Source: Pseudothermotoga sp. (lineage in GTDB: Bacteria > Thermotogota > Thermotogae > Thermotogales > DSM-5069). Taken from it: a stretch of 22,378 nt of DNA. Position 1 is the stretch's first letter; each line of letters starts with the position of its first letter. This document shows, piece after piece, positions 8,770-17,542 of the stretch. The position numbers were made by a program, and so were the translations under genes. Location of the stretch: the NCBI GenBank assembly GCA_041640575.1, contig JBEPZZ010000030.1, forward strand, positions 1 to 22,378, in the 5' to 3' direction. The notes under the pieces were generated by a model that worked only from the letters and a program-made list of their open reading frames with translations, was not told the origin of the DNA and searched no databases.

Positions 8770-9729
8770 TCATAACTTTAGAGTTTTTATCACGCTCCAA
8801 TGAACATAGTTGCGATCATAAAAAAATTTCTCAAGACACTTCTCCAGATAGCTTACAGGAAAGATATTTTCAGGCATTCTTGGTAGAAATGGTGCATCGG
8901 CCGTAAGTTTCGGAATAATTTTAGCAAGAAGATTGAAACAGCGGAAAATTTCTTTTTTTAATGCCTCAAAGTCATCTTTATTAACAACGACTTCGAGTCT
9001 TACCAGTCCATTTAAACCAGGAGAATCTGTTATCTTCAAATAGGTCATAACTCTTTCGTAATCATGGGTGGAGAGTTTTGCTCTAATGCATTTTGACCTT
9101 TCTCCAGCTTTCATTCGACCAAAAGAAAGAAATGTCTCCAGTTCTACATAGGCTCTTTCTATATTCTTAACCAACCCCACCGGACCTATGTTAGGTTGAA
9201 AGGCTGGAGTGACAAAGTCGATGGCTCCATCCTTAATTACCACTGATTTCCCCAAGTATTTTTCCACAACTTGTTTCTCCATTTTTTGCATGAAAGAATC
9301 CAAAGCTCTTTCAGCAGTAGAACCGATCGCGACTATTGCGGGAATTTCATCGATTGCAACGATATCACCATCCAACAAATGGAACAGATTCGCTAAGACT
9401 TCAGGAATGGCAAGGACAAACTTACTCTCCGGGCTCTTCACGGGTGAAAAAAGTGGTTGACACAAACCATCAGAATAAATTAAGGCTCCAGTGACTATTT
9501 GGGAGAAAAGCATGACAAAACCTTCGATTGAAATTGCCTCGAAAGTTCTTCTTCTACTGTCAACGAAAATAACAGATTCGTATTCCTGATTCATTATCTC
9601 TGGAATATCGTCTTCAACAAATTTTCCGTCCCCAGAGTATGTTATATTCTGTGGTAGAAAAGAACCTTCATCTTGAACCTGAAGAATTCTTGGGTTCAAC
9701 GTCGAAACAAGACTACTTAAGTCAAGCAC
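8770..9729 (-). CDS. Putative NurA-like (RNase H-fold) nuclease domain protein
   Basis: IFVDSRRR, VIKDGAI, VGLVKN, GLVRLEV and PRMPENIFPVSYLEKCL resemble bacterial NurA-like motifs as I recall them (FVDGxRR / DG / GxVK / PRxPxNLxPxxxLE). GTG start with a GAGGAG SD. Confidence 0.6.
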   Translation of the reverse strand: MLDLSSLVSTLNPRILQVQDEGSFLPQNITYSGDGKFVEDDIPEIMNQEYESVIFVDSRRRTFEAISIEGFVMLFSQIVTGALIYSDGLCQPLFSPVKSPESKFVLAIPEVLANLFHLLDGDIVAIDEIPAIVAIGSTAERALDSFMQKMEKQVVEKYLGKSVVIKDGAIDFVTPAFQPNIGPVGLVKNIERAYVELETFLSFGRMKAGERSKCIRAKLSTHDYERVMTYLKITDSPGLNGLVRLEVVVNKDDFEALKKEIFRCFNLLAKIIPKLTADAPFLPRMPENIFPVSYLEKCLEKFFYDRNYVHWSVIKTLKL

Positions 9730-10286
9730 AATTTCTCCTCCATAAGAATCTTCCCGTCAAGGGTAAATATCAAAATGCTGATATAACTTTCTATGCTAAG
9801 CAAAGCATAAGTTGGTGGATTACCGCTTTTTGGGAGAGATGGACTACCAGGGTTCAAAATGATCCCTCCACCAAATTTTTCCAACCGGGGTATATGCGTG
9901 TGACCATATGCGACAATGCTAACGTCATAGTTCTTAAGAAGGTTTGCAAGATCTTCGTCGGTTTTGATGTTCTCGCCATGTAAACAAGCCATTTTGCATT
10001 TTTCGAAGGTTAAAATCATAAACTTAGGCATATCTTCGTTCTCAAGAAGCATAAGGTCAACATCAGCATCGCAGTTTCCCCTAACTGCCACCAAATTTTC
10101 AGCTTTCAAAAGTTGAGCAAGCGCCACCGGGTCATATCCTTTAGGAATGGGATTACGAGGACCATGATAGAGAAAATCTCCTAAGTGCACTATTTGATCA
10201 ATGTATCCAGTAAACTTTCTGAGTTGTTGCCAGCTTTCAGTAGAGCCGTGTGTATCTGAAACGATGAGTACTTTAATGATGTTCAC
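9717..10286 (-). CDS. yfcE: YfcE/MJ0936-family phosphodiesterase
   Basis: VSDTHGS, HLGDFLYHGPRNPIPKGY, AVRGNCDADVD, LHG, YGHTHIP, LNPGSPSLPK. Start is GTG 10286 or possibly ATT 10277. Confidence 0.92.
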   Translation of the reverse strand: MNIIKVLIVSDTHGSTESWQQLRKFTGYIDQIVHLGDFLYHGPRNPIPKGYDPVALAQLLKAENLVAVRGNCDADVDLMLLENEDMPKFMILTFEKCKMACLHGENIKTDEDLANLLKNYDVSIVAYGHTHIPRLEKFGGGIILNPGSPSLPKSGNPPTYALLSIESYISILIFTLDGKILMEEKLCLT

Positions 10287-11395
10287 CTCCTTTTGGAGAA
10301 TATTCGCCTAACTGCAAAAAATGAAAGGCAGGAAATCAGTAGAACCTCCAATACGATCACAAGAAAATCTTTGCGATCAATAAAACCATGCATTTGACTT
10401 TTTCTAAGAATGTAGTTCTCAAGAAATATGGGACTGTGTGTCGCAATGGCCTTTAAAGATTTTGACATTGAAGAAACTGGAACAACTGTTCCGCTGAGGA
10501 AAAATGTCACAATGATAATACTGACTCCAGCTAGATTCGCCAAATTTTCTGCTTTACACATAGCCGAAAACAATACCCCAAGTCCTGCGTGCAAAATACT
10601 GTTCAGCACAAGCAAAATCAGGGCCAAATGAATTGGAATGTACACCTTAATAAGAACCAGAATCATTAATGCAATAATTGATTCTACCGTTCCCAAAAAA
10701 CTGTAAGAAAGAATTTTTGCGGTCGTGTATTTCCAACTGCTTACATTCAAGCTAATGTAATATTCTATCAAGTTACGCCTTTCGTCCTGGACAACTGTTT
10801 GCACAGAAAGAATCATTACAACAAAAGCTGACGTTAGAAACAGGGCTATAGGTGCCAAAACCGATGGAAGTGTAAACAGCCTTTCGCTAGTTCCAACTAC
10901 AAGTTGTGGGGAAGGATAACCCGGTGAGGTAAAAAGGTATCTGATAACCTGCGGCGCAAAGAAAGGACTGCCGTTCAGATCTCGAAGCATGGAAGAGAAC
11001 ACTTGATACGTCACGACCGAAAGCTGAAAATCAACTGGACTTGGTACAAAGTGCATAGTTGTTTGTTTAGCTGAATAAAGGTTTTTACTGAAATTTTCTG
11101 GTATTATTACAACGGCGTTTACTTCGCCTCTCAAGAGCTTATGCACATAATCTTGATCAACGTATAACACCGTTCCGCCTTTGAACATAGACATAACGAC
11201 ACCTACGGTCAGCTGAGACATAGTATCTTTATCGAGGTTCAAGACCCCTATTTTTATGTTGGTTCCTGCAAAACCGCTGAAAAGCAAAACTGATGCAAAT
11301 ATTACAAGGGCGGGAAGTAGAAGAAAAACAAGAACCGCAAAACGGCTCCTTGTTAGCTTTTTCAGCTCCGACACCGCTAGTCTGAAAATGCTCAT
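10283..11395 (-). CDS. ABC-2 type transporter permease
   Basis: N-terminal TM, extracytoplasmic domain (IGVLNLD..AVVIIPENFS), five further TMs, FFLSGTVVPVSSM..SP. ATG 11395 is preceded by a GGCGGTG SD-like motif (alternative GTG 11404). Confidence 0.85.
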   Translation of the reverse strand: MSIFRLAVSELKKLTRSRFAVLVFLLLPALVIFASVLLFSGFAGTNIKIGVLNLDKDTMSQLTVGVVMSMFKGGTVLYVDQDYVHKLLRGEVNAVVIIPENFSKNLYSAKQTTMHFVPSPVDFQLSVVTYQVFSSMLRDLNGSPFFAPQVIRYLFTSPGYPSPQLVVGTSERLFTLPSVLAPIALFLTSAFVVMILSVQTVVQDERRNLIEYYISLNVSSWKYTTAKILSYSFLGTVESIIALMILVLIKVYIPIHLALILLVLNSILHAGLGVLFSAMCKAENLANLAGVSIIIVTFFLSGTVVPVSSMSKSLKAIATHSPIFLENYILRKSQMHGFIDRKDFLVIVLEVLLISCLSFFAVRRIFSKRR

Positions 11396-11412
11396 TATGT
11401 CCACCGCCCAGG

Positions 11413-12054
11413 CTATTTTGATTGTATTTTTTCCAAAATATTCCAGTAGTTCTTTTGTTTTACAAATTCCTCGAAGAATTTGACGATCTCGGCATGAATA
11501 GTTTGAATATCCATTTCTGCATTCACAATAATAATTCTATTTGGTTCTTTACTGGCAAGTGTCAGATAGGATTCTCTCACTCTTTTCAAGAAATTTATAC
11601 CATTCATTTCCATCCTGTCTGCCAATTTCTTACGAATAAAAGCGGTTTCAGGTTTGATATCCAGGTAAAACGTTATATCGGGTTTGATTCCGGAAGTTGC
11701 AAATCGATTCAAATTCTCAACCGCCTCGATTCCAATATCTCTGCCGGCTCCTTGGTAAGCAACACTTGAATCTATGAATCTATCAGAAACGACCACTTTA
11801 CCCTTACGCAAAGCAGGCACGATTACCTCATTGACAAGCTGAGCCCTACTTGCTAGAAACAAAAACAGTTCTGCTTTTGGATCTATTTTCAGATTCTTGT
11901 TTAAAAGCAATTGTCTTATCATTTCTCCGACGTTCGTACTACCAGGTTCATGTACAGTAACACATTCTATACCTTTTCGCTCAAGATACTGAGTAAAAAG
12001 TTGTATCTGTGTTCCTTTACCGCTTCCGTCGATTCCTTCAAAACTTATGAACAC
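11413..12054 (-). CDS. tmk: Thymidylate kinase
   Basis: FISFEGIDGSGKGTQ P-loop, HEPG, LFLASRAQ, VSDRFIDSSVAYQG, PDITFYLD, DRME. GTG at 12054 with SD AAAGGAG; the ORF-track extension to 12126 is an artefact. Confidence 0.97.
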   Translation of the reverse strand: MFISFEGIDGSGKGTQIQLFTQYLERKGIECVTVHEPGSTNVGEMIRQLLLNKNLKIDPKAELFLFLASRAQLVNEVIVPALRKGKVVVSDRFIDSSVAYQGAGRDIGIEAVENLNRFATSGIKPDITFYLDIKPETAFIRKKLADRMEMNGINFLKRVRESYLTLASKEPNRIIIVNAEMDIQTIHAEIVKFFEEFVKQKNYWNILEKIQSK

Positions 12055-12067
12055 CCCTAATCTCCTT

Positions 12068-12337
12068 TCAGTAAGTAATAGTAAAATCTGAATAACCTTG
12101 AGGACTTGTGGGCTGGCATTCCACATTTGTCACAACTGCCATTGTTGGCCCGCGACTAATTTCCTTTAGAAACTGCTGTAGTTTTGGTTGTTCCCCCTCA
12201 GCATGAATTTCAACAGTCCCATCTTCTGCGTTTCTCACAAAACCTTTAACATTCAATCTTTGCGCGAGGCGATAAGCAAAATGCCTGAAGCCAACTCCCT
12301 GTACATGACCATGTATTTTTAGAAAAAAGGCTTCCAT
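12068..12337 (-). CDS. acyP: Acylphosphatase
   Basis: [41 protein letters not shown]. Confidence 0.97.
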   Translation of the reverse strand: MEAFFLKIHGHVQGVGFRHFAYRLAQRLNVKGFVRNAEDGTVEIHAEGEQPKLQQFLKEISRGPTMAVVTNVECQPTSPQGYSDFTITY

Positions 12338-12353
12338 TTGTTAACCACCTCGG

Positions 12354-12362
12354 TGATATAAT
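12354..12362 (+). promoter_or_regulatory. Putative extended -10 promoter for guaB (TGATATAAT)
   Basis: Perfect TGnTATAAT about 50 nt upstream of the proposed TTG start. No clear -35. Confidence 0.55.
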
Positions 12363-12372
12363 TCTCGAAAAC

Positions 12373-12381
12373 ATGATACCA
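12373..12381 (-). promoter_or_regulatory. Putative extended -10 promoter for the acyP-tmk operon (TGGTATCAT on - strand)
   Basis: TGnTATCAT on the reverse strand about 35 nt upstream of the acyP ATG. Confidence 0.4.
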
Positions 12382-12411
12382 TATGTTCAAGATTCTATGG
12401 AGGTGGTTCCG

Positions 12412-13872
12412 TTGAACATCGAAGAAGGTCTGACTTTTGACGACGTGATACTTGTTCCACAGTATAGCGAAATTCTGCCTTCCCAGATTGACGTTAGAGC
12501 TAGGTTAGTAGGTGACATATGGGTAAATATACCAATCGCAAGTGCGGCAATGGACACAGTTACTGAAGCAGAGTTGGCCAAGGCTCTTGCACGTGAGGGT
12601 GGGGTTGGAGTAATCCACAAGAACATGTCCATTGAAGAACAGGCTCGGCAGGTGTCTGTAGTAAAAAGGACGGAAAACGGTGTCATATACGATCCTGTTA
12701 CGATCGGTCCAAATGATACCGTTGCTCAAGCTCTTGAATTGATGTCGACATACAAAATAGGTGGTTTACCCGTTGTTGACGATGATCAAAAGCTGTTAGG
12801 CTTAGTGACGAATAGAGATATTCGTTTCGAGAGAAATCTTGCACGACCAGTTAAAGAACTCATGACTGTTAGGTCAAGCTTAATAGTAGCACCTCACAAT
12901 ATTTCTCTGGATGAAGCGAAAGAGATTCTTCACAAAAATAAGATCGAAAAACTTCCTTTAGTTGACCATGAGAACAGACTTGTGGGATTAATAACTATAA
13001 AAGACATTATGAGTGTGATTGAGCATCCCAATGCTGCAAGGGACTCTAAGGGAAGGTTGATCGTAGGAGCTGCAGTAGGAACTGGTGAAGAAACATTGGA
13101 AAGGGTTCAAGCGCTCGTTAACGCACAGGTTGATTTTATTATTATTGATACGGCACATGGACATTCAAAAAGGGTTATAGAAACTGTTAAAAAGATTAAA
13201 GCACATTTCTCTAACCTTTACGTGGTTGCTGGAAATGTTGCTACGCAGGAAGCCACTCTTGCTTTGATTGAAGCTGGTGCAGATTGTGTTAAGGTAGGTA
13301 TCGGTCCTGGTTCTATCTGTACAACTCGGGTTGTAGCCGGTGTTGGAGTTCCTCAATTAACTGCAATAATGAATTGTTCAAAAGTAACAAGAAGGAAAGG
13401 GATTACTTTAATAGCGGATGGAGGTATTAGATATTCTGGGGACATAGTGAAAGCTATCGCGGCGGGAGCAGATTTAGTAATGATTGGTAGCATATTTGCA
13501 GGGACAGAAGAGGCCCCAGGTGAAACAATTTTGTACCAGGGCAGAAAGTATAAAGCATACAGGGGTATGGGTAGCGAATCTGCCATGAAAAGAGGTAGCG
13601 CCGATAGATATTTTCAGTTCAGCAACGGCAAACTTGTTCCAGAAGGTGTCGAAGGCATGGTTCCTTACAAGGGAACCGTTAAGGATGTTGTTTATCAATT
13701 GGTTGGTGGTTTGAAGGCTGGCATGGGTTACATAGGAGCTGCTTCTTTGGAGGAACTTAAGGCGAAAGCTAAATTCATGAGGGTAACCCAAGCTGGTGTC
13801 AGAGAAAGTCATCCCCACGATGTAATAATTACCAAGGAAGCATCGAATTACTGGACATCTATCAACCAATGA
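12412..13872 (+). CDS. guaB: Inosine-5'-monophosphate dehydrogenase (with CBS pair)
   Basis: [27 protein letters not shown], catalytic [39 protein letters not shown] 12412 lies 6 nt after GGAGGTG. Confidence 0.98.
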   Translation: MNIEEGLTFDDVILVPQYSEILPSQIDVRARLVGDIWVNIPIASAAMDTVTEAELAKALAREGGVGVIHKNMSIEEQARQVSVVKRTENGVIYDPVTIGPNDTVAQALELMSTYKIGGLPVVDDDQKLLGLVTNRDIRFERNLARPVKELMTVRSSLIVAPHNISLDEAKEILHKNKIEKLPLVDHENRLVGLITIKDIMSVIEHPNAARDSKGRLIVGAAVGTGEETLERVQALVNAQVDFIIIDTAHGHSKRVIETVKKIKAHFSNLYVVAGNVATQEATLALIEAGADCVKVGIGPGSICTTRVVAGVGVPQLTAIMNCSKVTRRKGITLIADGGIRYSGDIVKAIAAGADLVMIGSIFAGTEEAPGETILYQGRKYKAYRGMGSESAMKRGSADRYFQFSNGKLVPEGVEGMVPYKGTVKDVVYQLVGGLKAGMGYIGAASLEELKAKAKFMRVTQAGVRESHPHDVIITKEASNYWTSINQ

Positions 13873-13897
13873 GGGTTGCAAGAAACCCTCATTGGTT
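13864..13897. terminator. Perfect 14-bp inverted repeat spanning the guaB and glyS stop codons; likely bidirectional terminator or 3' hairpin
   Basis: AACCAATGAGGGTT-gcaaga-AACCCTCATTGGTT between convergent genes. No strong U-tract on either side. Confidence 0.65.
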
Positions 13898-15907
13898 CTT
13901 CACTAAATTTGAAAGGTCGCCAATAAGCATGAATAAGTCAGCTATGTTTTTGAGGAAACTTAAGCGATTTTGCCTTATATCTTCTCGGTTTACCATCACG
14001 AAAACGTCATCGAAGTATTTATCTATAAAAGGTTTAAGCGCGATCAATGTTCTTATGGCTCTTTCATAGTCTAACTGATTCAAGTGATCTGATATCTCGG
14101 CTTTCGCTCGCAGGAAATTGTTTAATAGATCTTTTTCTGCTTGTTCAATGAAAAGCGCTCCGTCATACTGCCTGCTAGTGTGATTCTTAGTTATGTTGTG
14201 TACCCTTTCGAAAGCAATTGCCAGGTCGTTGAAATCACTACTTTCAGAAAGCTGCATCATTGCATTTGCCGATAGCAATCCACGAAGCGGGGTAAACCAC
14301 AGATGATTTACAGCTCGTGCAACATCATATCTGATTCCATTGTTTAGCATGAAAGCATAGAATCTTGATACTAAAAATTCCTCCAAGGTCTCGCGCTGAC
14401 AGTTAATTGATAGAAGTTGATAGTTATAGTTCAGCAGATCCATTAAATTCAAGTCCCACCGATTAAATTGTATTATCCAAAAGATGGTATCGGCCTTTGC
14501 TCTGAGACCGAATGGATCTTTGGAACCTGTTGGAATATTTCCGATGCAGATGTTTCCAACAATGGTATCAATGCGATCTGCAAGACCTATGACACCAGCT
14601 ATTATGTTTTTGGGTTTGTCCGAATACTGTTCTTCTATGGATTTGGCTATCTCAAGGTCCTCATTCTTAATCAAGACATATATTCTTCCCATGGTTCCTT
14701 GAAGCTCAGGGAATTCAAAGACGACTTGGCTAGCCAGATCGAATTTTGACAGCCGAGCAGCTCTACGTGCTTTTTCTTTAATATTAGATAGATGTACCTT
14801 TTCGCAGATATACTCAGACAGTTTCTTGATCCTCTCAACCTTATCGTAAAGTGTGCCAAGCTCTTTCTGGAATACTATTCCTTTGAGTTTCTCGTTGAAG
14901 TAATCAAAGTCCCTTTTCAAATCGATTTCAAAATAGTATCTGGCATCTTCCAGGCGTGCATTAACAACATTTTGGTAACCTTCAATCACCTTTCCCATAT
15001 CGCCCTCTGGTCTATCCGCAAAGGCTATAAATGTGGACGAAATCTGTTTTTCTTTACGCATGGTAAATGCTCTCAAATGGTGTTTGATTGTTACTGTTAT
15101 TAGTTCCTCGGGCAGGTTTAGGTATCTTGTCTGAAATTTTCCAACGATTGCTGTAGGATACTCCGCAATTCTGGCAATCTCCTTGATCAGTTTTTCATCC
15201 TTGTCGCAAGTCAATCCAAGTTCTCTCTCTATAGATTGTAATTGGTCAACTATCCTTTTAATTCTTTCATTCTCATCTACAAGCACAAAATTATCCCTAA
15301 GGATCCTGACATATTTGGATGGATGATCGATTTGCACAAATTTGTCAACATAGGGATGTGCTCGAGAGAAGTTGCTCGCATTTCGTCCTAAGAATTCGAA
15401 AGGCAAGATTTTCTCGTCATACAGCAAAATAAGCCACTTGACCGGCCTGACAAATTCATAGATTCCTTCACCCCATCGCATTGTTTTCGAAAAACTAAGC
15501 TGCTTCAAAGAGCTAGCGATAACTTCAGGTAAGACTACTTCCGTTGGTTGTCCATCAATCTCCTTACGCAAATATACATATCCATCTTCAATCACTATGT
15601 CTTTCTCAGTGGCATTGTTGGAATTCAGGAATCCGAGCAGAGCTTTTGTAGGCTGCCCGTTAGAAAAAGCAACGTTTTCTGACGGGCCCCGCTTTTGAAT
15701 GAAAGTTTTTTCTTGTTTTTCAGCCAGGCCTTCAACAATGATAGCTATTCTGCGATTTGTCACATAGCAAGAGATATTCTGGAAAAGTATCCTTGCTTCT
15801 TTCAGTTTCTGCTCTGTTATGCTTGGTAACTGATTCAGAAGATTTTCAATATCGGCAACAGGAATTTCTTCCGTCCCAACTTCCAGTAGTAGTATGTGGT
15901 TATTCAT
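13889..15907 (-). CDS. glyS: Glycine--tRNA ligase beta subunit
   Basis: [19 protein letters not shown]...[23 protein letters not shown]...[38 protein letters not shown]. Confidence 0.97.
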   Translation of the reverse strand: MNNHILLLEVGTEEIPVADIENLLNQLPSITEQKLKEARILFQNISCYVTNRRIAIIVEGLAEKQEKTFIQKRGPSENVAFSNGQPTKALLGFLNSNNATEKDIVIEDGYVYLRKEIDGQPTEVVLPEVIASSLKQLSFSKTMRWGEGIYEFVRPVKWLILLYDEKILPFEFLGRNASNFSRAHPYVDKFVQIDHPSKYVRILRDNFVLVDENERIKRIVDQLQSIERELGLTCDKDEKLIKEIARIAEYPTAIVGKFQTRYLNLPEELITVTIKHHLRAFTMRKEKQISSTFIAFADRPEGDMGKVIEGYQNVVNARLEDARYYFEIDLKRDFDYFNEKLKGIVFQKELGTLYDKVERIKKLSEYICEKVHLSNIKEKARRAARLSKFDLASQVVFEFPELQGTMGRIYVLIKNEDLEIAKSIEEQYSDKPKNIIAGVIGLADRIDTIVGNICIGNIPTGSKDPFGLRAKADTIFWIIQFNRWDLNLMDLLNYNYQLLSINCQRETLEEFLVSRFYAFMLNNGIRYDVARAVNHLWFTPLRGLLSANAMMQLSESSDFNDLAIAFERVHNITKNHTSRQYDGALFIEQAEKDLLNNFLRAKAEISDHLNQLDYERAIRTLIALKPFIDKYFDDVFVMVNREDIRQNRLSFLKNIADLFMLIGDLSNLVKNQ

Positions 15908-16749
15908 GATTCAATTCCCCCTTGAAATGCCTCAGCACAACGTTTGGCCATTGATCTGATTAGCCTAATGTATTGCTGCCTTTGAGTGACACTGATTGCC
16001 CCTCGAGCATCCAGCAAATTGAATACATGTGAACATTTAACCATGCAGTCGTAAGCTACGAGGTAGTGATCCATTTGTATCTGCGTTTCAAATTCAGCAA
16101 AGTATATGTCGAAGAGTTGAAACAATTTCGCTTGGTCAGAAAAATCAAAGTTATATCTAGAAAACTGGCGTTCGTTTTCAAGATATAGTTCTCCATAACT
16201 TACGTTCTCATTCCACATTATTTCAAAAACATTGTTTTTTCCCTGCAGGTACATCGCGATTCTTTCAAGCCCGTAAGTTATCTCTAAAGGTATCTCCTTC
16301 AAAACTATTCCACCAATTTGTTGAAAATATGTGAACTGAGTTATTTCCATACCATCGAGCCAAACCTCCCAACCTACGCCCCAGGCTCCAAGTGTTGGAG
16401 ATTCCCAGTTGTCCTCAATAAACCGTACATCATGCTCCTGTAAGTTTATGTTCAAAGCTCTTAAAGAGTCAAGATACAATTTCTGAGAATCCTCAGGGGA
16501 AGGTTTGATTATCACTTGATACTGAAAATATCTTTGCAATCTGTTGGGATTTTCCCCGTATCTTCCATCGGTCGGCCTTCTGCTGGGCTGCACAAAGGCA
16601 ACTTTCCAAGGACCTTTCCTCAAACAACCAAAAAAAGTTGAAGGATGAAAGGTGCCGGCACCAACCTCAAGATCATAGGGCTGGTCTATCATGCATCCAA
16701 CCTTAGCCCAGTACCTATTGAGAGTTTGTATAATGTCCTGAAGATACAC
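15904..16749 (-). CDS. glyQ: Glycine--tRNA ligase alpha subunit
   Basis: [80 protein letters not shown] 16749 lies 7 nt after GGAGGTG. Confidence 0.98.
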   Translation of the reverse strand: MYLQDIIQTLNRYWAKVGCMIDQPYDLEVGAGTFHPSTFFGCLRKGPWKVAFVQPSRRPTDGRYGENPNRLQRYFQYQVIIKPSPEDSQKLYLDSLRALNINLQEHDVRFIEDNWESPTLGAWGVGWEVWLDGMEITQFTYFQQIGGIVLKEIPLEITYGLERIAMYLQGKNNVFEIMWNENVSYGELYLENERQFSRYNFDFSDQAKLFQLFDIYFAEFETQIQMDHYLVAYDCMVKCSHVFNLLDARGAISVTQRQQYIRLIRSMAKRCAEAFQGGIES

Positions 16750-16777
16750 AGACAAACACCTCCGTTTTTCACAGCAT

Positions 16778-16783
16778 ATTATA
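16778..16783 (-). promoter_or_regulatory. Putative -10 box (TATAAT) for glyQS
   Basis: Perfect TATAAT on the - strand about 30 nt upstream of the glyQ start. No good -35. Confidence 0.4.
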
Positions 16784-16843
16784 CGCCATTGCATCTAAAG
16801 TTTCGTTTAATCAGACGAACACATAGCACACATTTCATAATAG

Positions 16844-16849
16844 TATAAT
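16844..16849 (+). promoter_or_regulatory. Putative -10 box (TATAAT) for the exported LTxxQ protein gene
   Basis: TATAAT 7 nt upstream of the GAGGTG SD. No good -35. Confidence 0.35.
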
Positions 16850-16868
16850 CCGTAATGAGGTGACAATT

Positions 16869-17438
16869 ATGAAAAGATTCTTAACGTTCTTGTTGATTAG
16901 CTTGTTCTCTTCATCTTTTCTTTTGGCCTTACCAAGATCTCAAAGTGGTTTTGGGGGATTACCTTCAGATCCGAAAGGTGATGCATCGCAAAATACACAA
17001 GAAAAAGAACAAATGAGAGAACAATTGCGCCAAGAGCAAAGAGAACAACTTAGGGAAGAGTTTCAGAAAGTTTTTCAGGCTATGAATCTGACAAAAGAGC
17101 AAGTTCGTCAAATGCAGCAAATTATCAACCAAGTACGAGAAAGGCTTAATGCATTAAGTGAAGAGTATGACAGGCTGCGTGAAAACGCACCTAAAATGAG
17201 CGCGAATGAGTTTCGTTTGGCTGTCCAACAATTGAATCAGAAAAGGTTGGAAATACTCAGAGATGCAGTTGAGAAACTTGGCGATGTTATTACGGTTGAA
17301 CAGCTCCAGAGATTTATGGAATGTTGGCAACTACAAATACGTGATCATGTGAGGGAAGTTCTGAGGTTATACCTTGTTGATTCTCTATATTTTTTTGGTG
17401 AGACTTTTTTGGAAATTTTAGGGGAATACGCAGAATAG
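16869..17438 (+). CDS. Exported helical protein with LTxxQ-like motifs (Spy/CpxP-like, tentative)
   Basis: Signal peptide MKRFLTFLLISLFSSSFLLA, Q/E/R-rich helices, MNLTKEQ and DVITVEQ motifs. ATG 16869 follows SD GAGGTG. Confidence 0.6.
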   Translation: MKRFLTFLLISLFSSSFLLALPRSQSGFGGLPSDPKGDASQNTQEKEQMREQLRQEQREQLREEFQKVFQAMNLTKEQVRQMQQIINQVRERLNALSEEYDRLRENAPKMSANEFRLAVQQLNQKRLEILRDAVEKLGDVITVEQLQRFMECWQLQIRDHVREVLRLYLVDSLYFFGETFLEILGEYAE

Positions 17439-17467
17439 TCGTTGAATCATTTTGCACATTGTTGTTT

Positions 17468-17500
17468 TGATCGCCGGTTTTCATACCGGCGTTCATTTTT
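17468..17500 (+). terminator. Intrinsic terminator after the exported protein gene
   Basis: (TGA)tCGCCGGT-tttcat-ACCGGCGt(TCA) followed by TTTTT. Confidence 0.75.
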
Positions 17501-17508
17501 GTTATACT
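17480..17508 (+). promoter_or_regulatory. Putative sigma70 promoter of the oxidoreductase gene
   Basis: TTCATA (17480-17485), 17-nt spacer, TATACT (17503-17508) with a TGn extension. Overlaps the upstream terminator. Confidence 0.5.
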
Positions 17509-17542
17509 AAGTTTTGGAAAATTTCAAAAAGGAGGGCTGTTT

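Noticed and set aside
12055..12126. N-terminal extension of tmk; likewise guaB 12373-12411 and glyQ 16750-16794
   Set aside because: Longest-ORF artefacts. Well-spaced SD sequences and family N-termini indicate GTG 12054, TTG 12412 and GTG 16749.
12338..12411. Possible purine riboswitch upstream of guaB
   Set aside because: Too short, and lacks the purine aptamer core.
16750..16868. Possible T-box riboswitch upstream of glyQS
   Set aside because: The intergenic region is only about 120 nt, is shared with a divergent gene, and shows no T-box consensus or terminator/antiterminator.
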